A stretch of DNA of 64,000 nt from a virus (lineage: Duplodnaviria; Caudoviricetes), in the IMG/VR virus record IMGVR_UViG_3300014204_000015, positions 9,386-73,385 of that record; one strand, given 5' to 3'. A program made the translations under genes and the position numbers. How positions within the stretch are numbered: position 1 is the stretch's first letter; the number at the start of each line of letters is the position of its first letter. Below the pieces are notes generated by a model that was given only the letters and a program-made list of their open reading frames with translations, was not told the DNA's origin and searched no databases. This document shows positions 44,953-55,179 of this stretch, in pieces.

Positions 44953-45723
44953 ATGAGAAAAGCGTTTACGTTAGTAGAAATGATGATGGTGGTAGTGATC
45001 ATCGCCATCCTTATGGGATTGACCTTAGCGGGAGTTATGAGTGCCCGCACTACGGTTCGCAATGGAATCGTAGTTACCCAAATGAGCCAATTAGAAATGG
45101 CTCTAGAAAACTATAGACGGGAGGTGGGAGAGTATCCCCCGGACTTCACAGACGCTAGAGCTGTAGTCAGGCATATTCGGAAGCGGTGGCCTAGAGCCGT
45201 TTTCGATCAAGCGACATTTGATGTGGTTAAACCTAACCCCGCCGACCCATCTACGGCTTTGGCGTTTTGGTTCAATGGACCTAAGGGGGAAGGATTCTGT
45301 AGTGACCCCGCTAACCCTTTCAAGGACTTGAAACCCAAAGACAAAAAGTACCTTGAACCCGGGCTGATATCTCCTCAAGGTACTTTGGCTATCTATACCA
45401 AGAACCCTATAGTGTATTTTCGTTCTCCCTACGAAGATCATTATTGGGGTTTGGCCGCTCCCTATTGGCATTCCCTAACTGAATTTAGGGAGCCTCAAAA
45501 GTACCAACTCATTCACCCGGGATTGGATGATGTCTACTATGACGGCCCTCTAGATTCCTCAGGTAAGCCCCTGAGGCGAATAGCCGCTCTAGGCCTAGGG
45601 GACGATAGCCCAGACCAATTTCGCAGGAATGAGTCAATTGGGTGTTGGTTCTCCGATGCCGACTATGACAACATTACTAACTTCAGCCACGCCACCCTAG
45701 AAATTGAAGCTCGCAAAAACTAA
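44953..45723 (+). CDS. Prepilin-type N-terminal cleavage/methylation domain protein (planctomycete type)
   Basis: MRKA|FTLVEMMMVVVIIAILMGL type IV pilin leader, followed by QMSQLEMALENYRREVGEYPPDF. Confidence 0.85.
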   Translation: MRKAFTLVEMMMVVVIIAILMGLTLAGVMSARTTVRNGIVVTQMSQLEMALENYRREVGEYPPDFTDARAVVRHIRKRWPRAVFDQATFDVVKPNPADPSTALAFWFNGPKGEGFCSDPANPFKDLKPKDKKYLEPGLISPQGTLAIYTKNPIVYFRSPYEDHYWGLAAPYWHSLTEFREPQKYQLIHPGLDDVYYDGPLDSSGKPLRRIAALGLGDDSPDQFRRNESIGCWFSDADYDNITNFSHATLEIEARKN

Positions 45724-45946
45724 AGGAGTAGCCGTGGGAGTCTATCAAGCCCTAGTTGACCACGCCTTTGACCCGGATACCGGAGAGGGCCCGATGGGGG
45801 CTCTCTCCATAGCCGAGAGGTGGCGGGATGTCTTGGAGGATATCCGGGAGGTCTGCGATGAAAAGGAGAAAATCAGCTGCGGCCGTCTTCTCCGCCATGT
45901 TAACCAAGCGATTACGTCCATCACCGTTCAAAGGAGAAACCCGTGA
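45704..45946 (+). CDS. Hypothetical protein
   Basis: 80 aa ORF. Confidence 0.4.
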   Translation: MKLAKTKGVAVGVYQALVDHAFDPDTGEGPMGALSIAERWRDVLEDIREVCDEKEKISCGRLLRHVNQAITSITVQRRNP

Positions 45947-46212
45947 AGACTGAAACGGCAGTTGATCGGCTCGGGAAGATCAAAGCCCAAATAGCTGATC
46001 TGGAAGACCAAGAGGATAGGCTGCGAGCCATCCTTATCAACTCGGGAGTCGATACCGTCGAAGGTAAGTTGTTCAGGGCTACGGTATCCTACTCTCAGTA
46101 CAACCGGGTGGATTACCCGGGACTCATCGAAGCCCTCGCCCCGCCGAAACGGATCGTTGCGAAGTTCACCAAGGAAGATCACCGCGTCACGGTCAGGGTG
46201 GTCTCCCGCTAG
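45943..46212 (+). CDS. Hypothetical phage protein
   Basis: 89 aa; VDRLGKIKAQIADLE...VEGKLFRATV; RBS AAGGAG. Confidence 0.6.
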   Translation: MKTETAVDRLGKIKAQIADLEDQEDRLRAILINSGVDTVEGKLFRATVSYSQYNRVDYPGLIEALAPPKRIVAKFTKEDHRVTVRVVSR

Positions 46213-46405
46213 GAGAAGTCATGAAGTGGTCTAGAGTGTTTGACGTAGGTACAGGAATCTGCTTAGGTCTTGGGTTCCTGTACCTGAGGGATAATTCAAT
46301 TCAAGCCCTCGGTTATCTATTGGGTGCTGTAACATTTTCTGTCTACAGCCTCAAATTCTACCTCGTGCGACTCAACAAGTAACCGTTTACCCTAGGAGCG
46401 AACAA

Positions 46406-46648
46406 GTGAATTACGAGCAGTACTTGGATCAGGTCGTGGATCAGATTTTCACGAAGGCCTCCGTCATGTGGACCTGGGTTGAACTCGCGCAGATGGCGGG
46501 AGTTTCCTACGGAACCGTCTACCGCTTGGGAATGCGTGAGACTCGCTTCCCGCAACTGCGGACGGTGTTCCTCTTGGCTCAGGCCGTCAACATGGACCTT
46601 CCGGCAATCAAGCGTGCCTTGAAGAAGCTGGAGGTGCGGAGTGCCTAA
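46406..46648 (+). CDS. XRE-like HTH protein
   Basis: WVELAQMAGVSYGTVYRL...PQLRTV; AGGAGCGAA RBS. Confidence 0.7.
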   Translation: MNYEQYLDQVVDQIFTKASVMWTWVELAQMAGVSYGTVYRLGMRETRFPQLRTVFLLAQAVNMDLPAIKRALKKLEVRSA

Positions 46649-46919
46649 GAAACTACCACGAGCCCGCAAGAGCAAACCAATCACCAAGATTGGTCGCCTC
46701 AAGGCCTACGACGATGCCCACCCCAATGCGTCGGCCGCAGAAGCTACGAGGGCCTTGGGCTTCACGAAGCAACAGGTATGGGCAATGCGAAACCAACTCA
46801 AGCGGAAGGCGAAGCCTAAGGAGAGAGGATTTAGCCGGGTGAACCTCATCCAGATGATCCTTTCCGTCGGAATCGGCCGTGTTCAAGAAACCCTCGATTT
46901 CATGACAGGAGAACGCTAG
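46641..46919 (+). CDS. Small basic HTH-like protein
   Basis: 92 aa; SAAEATRALGFTKQQVWAMR. Confidence 0.5.
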   Translation: MPKKLPRARKSKPITKIGRLKAYDDAHPNASAAEATRALGFTKQQVWAMRNQLKRKAKPKERGFSRVNLIQMILSVGIGRVQETLDFMTGER

Positions 46920-47122
46920 TGAAAATCAAACCCGCCGTCTTCTTACGGCAGTCACCCAACATGAAGTACAATACTCTGAATCCTCAACCGGAGGAACCTG
47001 AGTACATTTACCATGTGATGAAGGTGAAAGACTCCCTCTTCATCCACGTAGGGGAAAGACTCTACCCCCACGCCGTCGAGGATTTGATTCAGCAAGGTTG
47101 GACCGTTACGATCACTGAGTAA
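46919..47122 (+). CDS. Hypothetical protein
   Basis: 67 aa; RBS CAGGAG. Confidence 0.5.
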   Translation: MKIKPAVFLRQSPNMKYNTLNPQPEEPEYIYHVMKVKDSLFIHVGERLYPHAVEDLIQQGWTVTITE

Positions 47123-47213
47123 GGAAACCAGTCATGGAACGATGGATCATTGAGGGGCTGAAGGTCATGGCCTACTTCTGCGCAGGGGCCGCCTTTAGTG
47201 CGTGGCTGTACGG

Positions 47214-47417
47214 ATGAAGGTAGAATGCCCCAACTGCTTGAGGATGTCGGAGGATAAGGGCCGGGCTGCTACGTGTAGCCATTGTGGTTCTTCCCCGCTC
47301 CCTAGCTACGATTACCCCAAGGCCAGTGCCTTCTACCCGGGTCCCAAGACGGTTCCGGTATTGACCCAGCTAGCCGAGAAGTTAGCAGCCCGTCGGGGTA
47401 TCCCCCCGAAGAAGTAG
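47214..47417 (+). CDS. Small Zn-ribbon protein
   Basis: CPNC...CSHC; last plus-strand gene. Confidence 0.5.
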   Translation: MKVECPNCLRMSEDKGRAATCSHCGSSPLPSYDYPKASAFYPGPKTVPVLTQLAEKLAARRGIPPKK

Positions 47418-47433
47418 ACCCACAAGAGGCTCC

Positions 47434-47468
47434 CGCCGCTCCCTCACTGGACGGCGGGGGCTTTTTTC
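47434..47468 (+). terminator. Intrinsic terminator at the convergence point
   Basis: CCCGCCG...CGGCGGGG followed by TTTTTT. Confidence 0.6.
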
Positions 47469-47626
47469 GTGCGCCGACGGGGCCGTGACCGGATACTCGC
47501 GGGAGGCCCCCCGAGGCAATTCTAGGTGTATCCGGGGTGTGTCTCCGTCGATATTCGCTAAACCTAGACCCTCCCGGGGCCGGATGGGAGCGAATCACCC
47601 GACTCCCGGGGGGGCTAGGACTAACA

Positions 47627-48388
47627 CTAAACGAAGAGCCAGGGCCCTCCCGAAGCCGTCCATGAGGCTCGGCTACGGTTGGCCTGGGCGTAGACAATCT
47701 TGCGCCGGATTAGCTCCTGGGAGGGAGCCACCAGGGCCGGATCGCAATGGGGGTGGGCTTGGTGATGCCCGAGAATCCGAGAGGAGTAGATGGGGGTAAG
47801 TCCTAGGCCATTCATTAGGCAAAGCCCAAACCAACGGTCTTCACCCGACGGGGCCTCAAATTCCTCATCATTACCTCCCACAGCATACAAGTCTCGACGG
47901 TACAGGGCCCCAAGAAAGAAGAGGGGCCGTTGGCGAGAGGGGCTAGTGTAAATTTTGAGCTGGTCTCCGTAGCCTCCGCTCTTGGGGTCACTGTACACGC
48001 ATCCGTCTTTGGTATTGATTACCGTAGCGATCACGAAGGCCCCGGGAGTAATCGCATTCACCAGAGCGGTTATGCAATTGGGAGAACGGTGGACAACGTC
48101 GTCGCTCTGGGCGATAATGATTTCACCCTTGGCCATTCGGTAGGCTACGTTCCTCGCCTTCGCGGGGTTGCGGTACCCGGGGGCTCGGTCAATACGATGG
48201 TACTGAACCTTGGGAAAATCCTCGCAAACCTTCGTGGTTTCATCCGTTGGTGAGCCATCGTCCACCACGATTAGCTCCCAAGTGAACTCTGGGTCTTGAC
48301 TCACGATACTGTCGAGGGTCTTGCGGAGAGCTAGGGGCTTATCGTAGGTAGCTATACAGATCGATACTTTGGTGGCTAGAGCGGTCAT
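47627..48388 (-). CDS. Glycosyltransferase family 2
   Basis: VSICIATYD, IVVDDGS, ARNVAY, QSDD, GGNDE. Confidence 0.9.
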   Translation of the reverse strand: MTALATKVSICIATYDKPLALRKTLDSIVSQDPEFTWELIVVDDGSPTDETTKVCEDFPKVQYHRIDRAPGYRNPAKARNVAYRMAKGEIIIAQSDDVVHRSPNCITALVNAITPGAFVIATVINTKDGCVYSDPKSGGYGDQLKIYTSPSRQRPLFFLGALYRRDLYAVGGNDEEFEAPSGEDRWFGLCLMNGLGLTPIYSSRILGHHQAHPHCDPALVAPSQELIRRKIVYAQANRSRASWTASGGPWLFV

Positions 48389-49443
48389 AGGAAGTTCACG
48401 TGTTCGGGGTAACGGTTGATGAGGTAAGCAATTGTCCGGTTCTTCGCGTTGAACATACAGTGGGTACAGCTACGCGCATCGAAGTCCTTCAGGTTCCGCA
48501 AGTTGCTGGGGGCTGTCCATAGCTGTTCCAGGGTTTGATCCTGGAGAGAACCGAGAAGCCCCTGAGGATTGTAGGCCGTTACGCAGCAGCGGTAGACGTT
48601 CAAGTCAGCCCCCACGTACGTACACAACTGCGAGAAGTAGCAATCGGAATAGTCGGGGGCTCCCTGGGTTAGATCGTCTACCCTATCACTGAATAGATCA
48701 AACACCTCAAACTCGGGAGTCCGTAGCTCACGGGCCGTTCTACAGAGGTCAGTGGCTGGCTTCCGTATCCCGTCGAAGTAGGCCGCTCCCTGAGGCTGGA
48801 AGACGGCACTGATACGGATATTGTCTGCCCCGGATTCTTGAGCCTGCATAGCTGCTAGGAGAATCTCGGGATAGTTTTCCTTACTGACTACGAAGCCAAC
48901 GCCTACCAACGGATTAGGGCCAATACGTCCACCAACTAGCCTTCGGATGTTTTCGTGTACCCGATAGAATACGTTGCTCTTGCTACGTCGGGTATTGGCG
49001 TAGGTTCCGGGAGTACCCGCGTCAATCGAGAACCGTACCCACGTAGCATGATGGAGAGCCTCTAGCTTTTCGTCGGTGAGAGAGGCACCGTTGGTAACTA
49101 CCCCGTATTGGATACCCGCGTATTGAATGGCGTGGCAAAGTCTAACGAAGTTGGGGTGAAAGGTCGGCTCTCCTCCTCCGGTGATTTCGATAGCCTTCAC
49201 GCCTAGGGCTTTACAACTATCCACAATCTCCAAGAGTTTGGTTAATGGGATTTCACTACGGTCGCTGAAGGTCTTATTAGATGAGTAGCCCTCCATACGG
49301 TAGGCGCAGAAGTGACAACTCTGATTACACTTGTTCGTTGGAATCAACTGAACGTGAATCGGGCCCAATAGCTTCCCGCTCCGAAGGGCAAGGGTGTGCT
49401 CTTGGTGATGGGCTACTTTGAGAGGGCTATAGCAGTCTCGCAT
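48385..49443 (-). CDS. Radical SAM/SPASM protein
   Basis: CNQSCHFC, TGGGEPT, C-terminal Cys cluster. Confidence 0.9.
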   Translation of the reverse strand: MRDCYSPLKVAHHQEHTLALRSGKLLGPIHVQLIPTNKCNQSCHFCAYRMEGYSSNKTFSDRSEIPLTKLLEIVDSCKALGVKAIEITGGGEPTFHPNFVRLCHAIQYAGIQYGVVTNGASLTDEKLEALHHATWVRFSIDAGTPGTYANTRRSKSNVFYRVHENIRRLVGGRIGPNPLVGVGFVVSKENYPEILLAAMQAQESGADNIRISAVFQPQGAAYFDGIRKPATDLCRTARELRTPEFEVFDLFSDRVDDLTQGAPDYSDCYFSQLCTYVGADLNVYRCCVTAYNPQGLLGSLQDQTLEQLWTAPSNLRNLKDFDARSCTHCMFNAKNRTIAYLINRYPEHVNFL

Positions 49444-49452
49444 GGTTCGCTC

Positions 49453-52362
49453 CTAAACGAGTTTCCCGATAGCTCGGGTGATAGTGGAAAGGTGCTTGTA
49501 CCAGTTATCTTCGGTCAGTTTGAAATTCCAGGGCTTGGCTACGTCGGAACCTCCAAACCAATGGATGCCGTAGGACTCATTGGGAATTGGCTTGTGTTCC
49601 TCGAAGATAGAGTGAATGAATCGCCAATCGTAGGGGTAAACTGTTGGGGTAGGTAAATCCAGGATCTTGTACTGAGGGTATTTTGATTGAAGCACCTGGA
49701 CGGTTCTCTGAGCCCCTTTGGGCTTACACCGTAGGGCTAGGGTATTTGCTAGGGCATAGACTAGTTCTGACCCATACTGCTGGTAGACTGTATGGACTGG
49801 GCGTTGCTTCCCGATATCCGTGAAGAGGGAGCAACCCGAAGAGGCGAATAACCCGATGGCAATAAAGCCGTTCTCGTTACAGAACACTGCATCTTGTTCC
49901 TGGAGAGTAAGCCGCAGGGGCTCTAACGGCCGAGTCCAGAGGATATCCATATCAGCGTAGAACCCGGGGAGCCGTCCCAAGATCTCCCACTGGAATAGGT
50001 CGCTCTGTTGGGCTGGGGCTAGGTTACTCCCAGAAGCGTATTCGATTGGGTAAATCCCTAGGTTAGGTAAATGGTCCCAGTAGTCGGGGCCTTGGTACTC
50101 CCGGTCATCCACTTCCCCGGAAGTCCACGTGCGTGGGCCTATGGAATTCGTAGGATAATGAACCTCGATGACCCAATCAGGGTTTAGCCGACGGAACGAA
50201 TATAGGGTCAGATAGCGGAGGAAGGACAAACGCCCCTGCCAGAAGAACCGCATGACTCGGGGGATTCGATCCGTAGTAGGCTCGGGCGTAGGCTTAGGCA
50301 GAGCCGGGAGCCTTGGGCATATCTTCTCTTGGGGAACGACTCCACCCCCAACCCGTCTACGGGCCTCCCGGATGCTTCTCATTTGCTCCTTTCCTTCAGG
50401 AGTAACTCCCGCCCAATTTCCGATACGCAGATACCCCTCTGAGCCTAGGTGAAGAACCTCAAAGGGTAGCCGCTTGCGGTAGTGCTTATCGAATTTGAAT
50501 TGGAAGTCGCTGTCGCATCCTCCCGCGTGAGTCCACTCAATTCCGTACCAAGGTCTTTCGCCCATAGCCAGCCCGTGGAATAGTTGGAAGTACCCGTCAA
50601 ACTCGTGAGGCTGGGTCGGGGAAGGTAGGGAACTCCAATCGATTCCGTCTGGTCGAAAGGCTTTCCAATCGGCTAACGTCCTGCGGATGGGTACGTGTAA
50701 ACTGCGTGGGTCGGGATTCTGAAGGTTGAGAGTATTCGGCATAACGATGTCGGCATCCCAAATACAGATCCAGCCATCTCTACCTAACTCGTCCAGAGAC
50801 TCTTCTATGGCCATACCCTTATTGAAGTAGGCCCCGTAGCGAGTGAAGGCATCCGTGATGTATAGGTCTACCCCTTCCGCTCGGGCTAACTCTTGCGTCT
50901 GGGTATCATCGGGAGAGGTTACTACCAGGGTGCGGTCGAAGTGTCGCTTGTTACGCGGGAGCGTAATGGCTAGCTTGTCCGAATAGTTGACACATACAAC
51001 TAGGGATTTCACTGATAACCGATTAGCCACAGGCAGATTAGCAATAGGCCAAAGGCCTAGGCTCTTGTCCGTGTAGGTGGGGTAACTTTCTGTACAGCCT
51101 TCGTTGACTAGCTCCAGGGGCTCTTTGAAACAATATGGTGATTCCTGAAGATTGAGCGGAGCCCAAGAGCCCGTCGAGATGATACGGTTCTTGTGGTTTG
51201 GGAAGGTGGTAGTTAGGAAGTACTGTGAGCCGCTACGGTAGATGTTCTCCAATAGCCGGTTCTGATCGGCTCGGGAGAGATGAACCAGGCAATCTCGGGC
51301 GATTATCAAATCAGCCTTAGGCAATCGGTCGGCTACAGCGTTGAGATGGAGGAACCGTAGGTGAGGGTACTTCTCACGGTTCTTATCAATCAACTCGGCT
51401 ACGGTATCCACTCCCGTATAACGTCCTTGGAAGCCAACTAGGGGGAACCAGTTACAGTCTCCACAGCCAATATCTAAGATTGACTTGATGTTGTACTTCT
51501 CGATTAGGGCTTTGATACCTTCGCGGATTTTAGCCGTAGCCTCTTGGGAAGAACCCACCCCGCTAATTGACTCACTACCGCCCCAATGGTTTTTATGGTA
51601 TATCTCGGTGAATACCTCCTCCACATTGCCCTCAATCCAAGGACCGCTCGTGGATTGCCAGGGGATTTCTCTCGCGGTTGCCCGCTTGAGTTTGATTTCG
51701 TAGAGAGCCTTGGCCATCGAGTCTGTCTTGGGGGTGTTGTAGTTCTTGTGCCACTGGTGATGGCCTACGATTTGGGTAGTGTAAATGGGTTGGAGGCCTA
51801 ATCCGTTCATCAAGCAGTCGGAGAACCAAGCATCTTCGTAGCCCGTCCCCACCGCGAAGTCTTCATCGTTCCCACCCACTTGATATAGGTCTTTCCGGTA
51901 AACCGCCCCCAAGAAGAAGTAGGGGAGTTTCCTGGTAGGCCCCGTAAACTCGCTATGAGCTTGCCCGTTAGGCTCTCGGTTGAGTACCTGGGCGATAATG
52001 AAATGGCCTGGAGCATCCGAGAGAAGTTTGGAGGCTTCTAGCTCTTGGACAAATAGCTCTAGGGAGTTTGGGGTGACGTGGATAACTTCGTCACTCTGAC
52101 ATATGATGATCTCGCCTTTGGCTTCCCGGTAGGCTACGTTGCGAGCTGTGCAGGGATTACGGAAGGTCGGGGGCCGGTCAATACGGATACATCGCACCGA
52201 CGGGTACTTGATACAGACTCGGGAAACTACCCCCGCCTTACTCCCATCGTCTACTACGATGACTTCGTAATCGAAAGGAGGCTTCTGGGATACGATACTG
52301 TCGAGGGTATTTACCAAGAGTAGCGGTTTGTTAAAGGCAGCAATGCAAACACTAACTTTCAT
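49453..52362 (-). CDS. Multi-domain protein: GT2 + SAM methyltransferase + GT-A domain + DxD glycosyltransferase
   Basis: VDDGS/ARNVAY; WGGSESISGVGS...ILDIGCGD...RDCLVHL; IWDAD; RVMRFFW...FYADMDILW. Confidence 0.85.
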   Translation of the reverse strand: MKVSVCIAAFNKPLLLVNTLDSIVSQKPPFDYEVIVVDDGSKAGVVSRVCIKYPSVRCIRIDRPPTFRNPCTARNVAYREAKGEIIICQSDEVIHVTPNSLELFVQELEASKLLSDAPGHFIIAQVLNREPNGQAHSEFTGPTRKLPYFFLGAVYRKDLYQVGGNDEDFAVGTGYEDAWFSDCLMNGLGLQPIYTTQIVGHHQWHKNYNTPKTDSMAKALYEIKLKRATAREIPWQSTSGPWIEGNVEEVFTEIYHKNHWGGSESISGVGSSQEATAKIREGIKALIEKYNIKSILDIGCGDCNWFPLVGFQGRYTGVDTVAELIDKNREKYPHLRFLHLNAVADRLPKADLIIARDCLVHLSRADQNRLLENIYRSGSQYFLTTTFPNHKNRIISTGSWAPLNLQESPYCFKEPLELVNEGCTESYPTYTDKSLGLWPIANLPVANRLSVKSLVVCVNYSDKLAITLPRNKRHFDRTLVVTSPDDTQTQELARAEGVDLYITDAFTRYGAYFNKGMAIEESLDELGRDGWICIWDADIVMPNTLNLQNPDPRSLHVPIRRTLADWKAFRPDGIDWSSLPSPTQPHEFDGYFQLFHGLAMGERPWYGIEWTHAGGCDSDFQFKFDKHYRKRLPFEVLHLGSEGYLRIGNWAGVTPEGKEQMRSIREARRRVGGGVVPQEKICPRLPALPKPTPEPTTDRIPRVMRFFWQGRLSFLRYLTLYSFRRLNPDWVIEVHYPTNSIGPRTWTSGEVDDREYQGPDYWDHLPNLGIYPIEYASGSNLAPAQQSDLFQWEILGRLPGFYADMDILWTRPLEPLRLTLQEQDAVFCNENGFIAIGLFASSGCSLFTDIGKQRPVHTVYQQYGSELVYALANTLALRCKPKGAQRTVQVLQSKYPQYKILDLPTPTVYPYDWRFIHSIFEEHKPIPNESYGIHWFGGSDVAKPWNFKLTEDNWYKHLSTITRAIGKLV

Positions 52363-53065
52363 TGATTCGCTCCTGAAAGTAAGTTAACAACTGATGGACT
52401 AGAAGAGGGCTATCCTTCCAGCGGTCGGGAGGGATAGTCATAGCCTTCGGGTGATGATAGACGAAATAGGAATGGTTCAAACCAAAGCAAACGGTGTCAG
52501 TTCCCCGGTAAAGATTCCACTTGGCTAGTGTGAAGAACTCCTCCACATTAGAATCGATGTCGATGGGTAGGAAGAGGCTTCGGGAAATTTCGAGGGCTCG
52601 GGAGTCGTTGGATACGTCATGGGTCAAAACCGATTCCCCGAGGGAACACCAGTCTACGGATTTGGGATTGGTACGAAGTACATGGTTGATCCGGCTCAGC
52701 CAGCGTAGGGCTAGGGGATAGCCCTTCTCCATGTAGATGTAGCCGTTCAGTACCCTACGTGGGAGCCGCGTCCAGGTCATGTAGACTACGGGCCCCCGTG
52801 GTTCGGGAGGCTTTTGGAAGGCTAGGGTGTCTGCGTCCCACCACCATCCGCCGTGGGTAGCTAGCAAAGCCGCTCTTAAACAATCGGCTCTTAGGGCCGG
52901 TTGAGGTAGCCTACTCCAGCCGTCGTGGAGAACCCCTGGAGGAAGGTAGGTGTCGAGGTTCTCGGGCGTGACTAGTTGAAAGTCGTCACCTAAGGCCTTG
53001 GCCATCGACCGTAAGCAAAGATCAATGTAGGGGAGTTTCGGGCCTTCCCAATAGGAGAATATCAT
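52352..53065 (-). CDS. DxD-motif glycosyltransferase (capsular polysaccharide synthesis-like)
   Basis: IFSYWEG...RADCLRAALLATHGGWWWDAD. Confidence 0.85.
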   Translation of the reverse strand: MIFSYWEGPKLPYIDLCLRSMAKALGDDFQLVTPENLDTYLPPGVLHDGWSRLPQPALRADCLRAALLATHGGWWWDADTLAFQKPPEPRGPVVYMTWTRLPRRVLNGYIYMEKGYPLALRWLSRINHVLRTNPKSVDWCSLGESVLTHDVSNDSRALEISRSLFLPIDIDSNVEEFFTLAKWNLYRGTDTVCFGLNHSYFVYHHPKAMTIPPDRWKDSPLLVHQLLTYFQERINES

Positions 53066-53067
53066 GG

Positions 53068-53607
53068 CTAGGGCTTTCTTACGAACCAGCTATCACCGCC
53101 AGGTTCTTGAATCAAGGTCAGGGTCAGGTTCTCTCGGTTACATAGGGATGTGACTGAAGACACTATCTCGGGATAGTAGCGTTGGGAGTAATCGTGCCCT
53201 GCCAAGATTCCGCCCGGGGCTAGAAGAGGATACCAAAAAGCAATATCCTCGCCACTCTTCCAATGGTCTCCATCGATATAGACAAACTCAGGTTGACGGC
53301 CATTCTCCCGGATAATCTTAGCAGCATGCTCAGCCGTCTTTAGAAGTCTTACCCGCCCGTCTACCGCAAATGGGGATAGGTTACTAATGGCAAAGGCAAT
53401 ATCTGTAGACCTATCCCAAGTCATTTCGTCGTAGGGCTCATAGGGGTCTACACAAATCAACTGGTAGCCTTTCCAGCGGGTTAGGAATTGGCGAGCGTAT
53501 ACCGCTTGATCTGTTCCAATTTCTACGGCAAAGCCGGTTAAGCCTAGCTCATTGCAAAGATCAGCCAGTTGGATTCGAGAGGTTAGAATCATCGCATATA
53601 CCTCCAA
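53068..53607 (-). CDS. Class I SAM methyltransferase (Methyltransf_24-like)
   Basis: AVEIGT, VDPY, VYIDGDH, GGILAGHDY. Confidence 0.85.
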   Translation of the reverse strand: MEVYAMILTSRIQLADLCNELGLTGFAVEIGTDQAVYARQFLTRWKGYQLICVDPYEPYDEMTWDRSTDIAFAISNLSPFAVDGRVRLLKTAEHAAKIIRENGRQPEFVYIDGDHWKSGEDIAFWYPLLAPGGILAGHDYSQRYYPEIVSSVTSLCNRENLTLTLIQEPGGDSWFVRKP

Positions 53608-54401
53608 GGGTCAGTGGATTTGGGCAGCCCTTCGTACGTAACGTAATGACCGTCTTTCACCCGGGGGCTTTCCTGGAGGATAGCCAGATTGCTCGGGGTG
53701 ATGTCGTCAGTGTTCTCCTTGTCGATGCGACCTAGGAGGTTGAGCGGTACTCCACAACGGTAGCACCAGCGTTGAATTTGATCCTCGAAGGCCGAGATGG
53801 GGGCCTGCCAACACTCAGGGGTTACGGGTAGGCCTCCGGGGCCGTCGAAGAGCATGTCCATCGCCCCCGCTACCTCGCAGAAGAAGAAACCCTTGGGGGT
53901 AATCGTACCGCTCCAAGTCTTCTGAAGCCAGCAGTTGTCAATTAGCTTGCGCTGTTCTTTGGGGTCTTTGATTACATCTTGGATGGCTACTAGGATTGGC
54001 GAATGGCGGACGATACCGTCGTGAGTGTTGTTATTGACGTAGCCGAAAACTTCGCGGATGATGTCCGCATGAGTCGTATGCTGCCAGTGTAATCCCGTCC
54101 AGAGTCCTCGGTGCTTTCGGTCGGGGATAATACTGGCGAACATAGCACAGATTTGAGGGAACTCGGGGTGTAGTAGAGGTTCTCCGCCGATGATGCCTAT
54201 GACCTTGTTAGCTACCTTGTGGATCGGCGGAGGGCTCCCCGACGGGAAGGTGCTAAGGGCGTCGGCCGCACGGGCAAAGTCTGTGAGGTCCATGAAGAAC
54301 GGTTCCCGATGACCTACGAATCGGGTACAGTTAGAGCATGCACGGGTACACGCGTTGGTAACATCAATTTGGATACACCACTGAAGCCTAGGGTCTATCA
54401 T
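53589..54401 (-). CDS. Radical SAM protein
   Basis: IDVTNACTRACSNC, IGGEPLLHP. Confidence 0.85.
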   Translation of the reverse strand: MIDPRLQWCIQIDVTNACTRACSNCTRFVGHREPFFMDLTDFARAADALSTFPSGSPPPIHKVANKVIGIIGGEPLLHPEFPQICAMFASIIPDRKHRGLWTGLHWQHTTHADIIREVFGYVNNNTHDGIVRHSPILVAIQDVIKDPKEQRKLIDNCWLQKTWSGTITPKGFFFCEVAGAMDMLFDGPGGLPVTPECWQAPISAFEDQIQRWCYRCGVPLNLLGRIDKENTDDITPSNLAILQESPRVKDGHYVTYEGLPKSTDPWRYMR

Positions 54402-55179
54402 TTAGGAACTCCATGGCGTTGAACTCTTCTCCAGGAAAGCTATCGATGGGCTTGAAGTATTTGTTTCCCAAAGAGCTGGGTACACACTGGTGTTGTAAGA
54501 GGCTAGGGTTGTGGATGTACTCTCGCCAACCGGCTTGCTTCATGGCTTCTACAATACCGCCGTCGATACACTTCCAATTCTTGTCCTTCTGAGCGAAGGT
54601 CGGCTTGGCTACGGTGACGGGGCTACCCAAGAGGGTTTGTAATCCATCGCGGTTGAAGACTAGACCTAGGGCCCCTAGCCCCCGTTGGTTCGATTTATGC
54701 CAGCCGGGCTGGAACTGGGTTAGCTGCGCGTTCTCCTTGAAGGTGTATAAATTCAAATACCCTTTATCCGGGAAGGCACAGACGGTTAGGTACTCACGTA
54801 GGCTACCCACCGCCAGGATATCATCCTGGAAGAGGGCATAACGGTCGGCATAGGGGTCACGCAGGTACAACTCCCAAAGGGCTAGAATCCAGTTGCCTAC
54901 GATCTTGAGCGGCGGGTTAGGGCGGCAGGTTACGGGACGTTGGTAGGCTTCGTATTCACGGGGGTCATCGCAGCCGTCTACGAATAGTCGGGGCTCCCCG
55001 AAACCAGCGTCACAGAGGCTATTGAGAGTCAACGGAAGGGAACTATCCTTACGGCCGGGAATCGTCGTGACCCCGTAAGTCCAACGGAGAAGTGATTGGC
55101 GGTGGGTCATCTTATGGAGATCGTCTTGAATCCGTTGCTGACGCTCTTGGAGCATTTCGATTGCGCTAGGCCTACTCAC
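54388..55179 (-). CDS. GT-A-fold glycosyltransferase-like protein
   Basis: YGVTT..R, FVDG, LFQDD, PSLLQH. Confidence 0.7.
   Translation of the reverse strand: MSRPSAIEMLQERQQRIQDDLHKMTHRQSLLRWTYGVTTIPGRKDSSLPLTLNSLCDAGFGEPRLFVDGCDDPREYEAYQRPVTCRPNPPLKIVGNWILALWELYLRDPYADRYALFQDDILAVGSLREYLTVCAFPDKGYLNLYTFKENAQLTQFQPGWHKSNQRGLGALGLVFNRDGLQTLLGSPVTVAKPTFAQKDKNWKCIDGGIVEAMKQAGWREYIHNPSLLQHQCVPSSLGNKYFKPIDSFPGEEFNAMEFLNDRP

Noticed and set aside
50698-50706. Self-target matches of single spacers (TAAACTGCG here; CCGTCATGT at 19071)
   Set aside because: The partner half-site is not adjacent, and isolated 9-mer matches are expected by chance in 64 kb.
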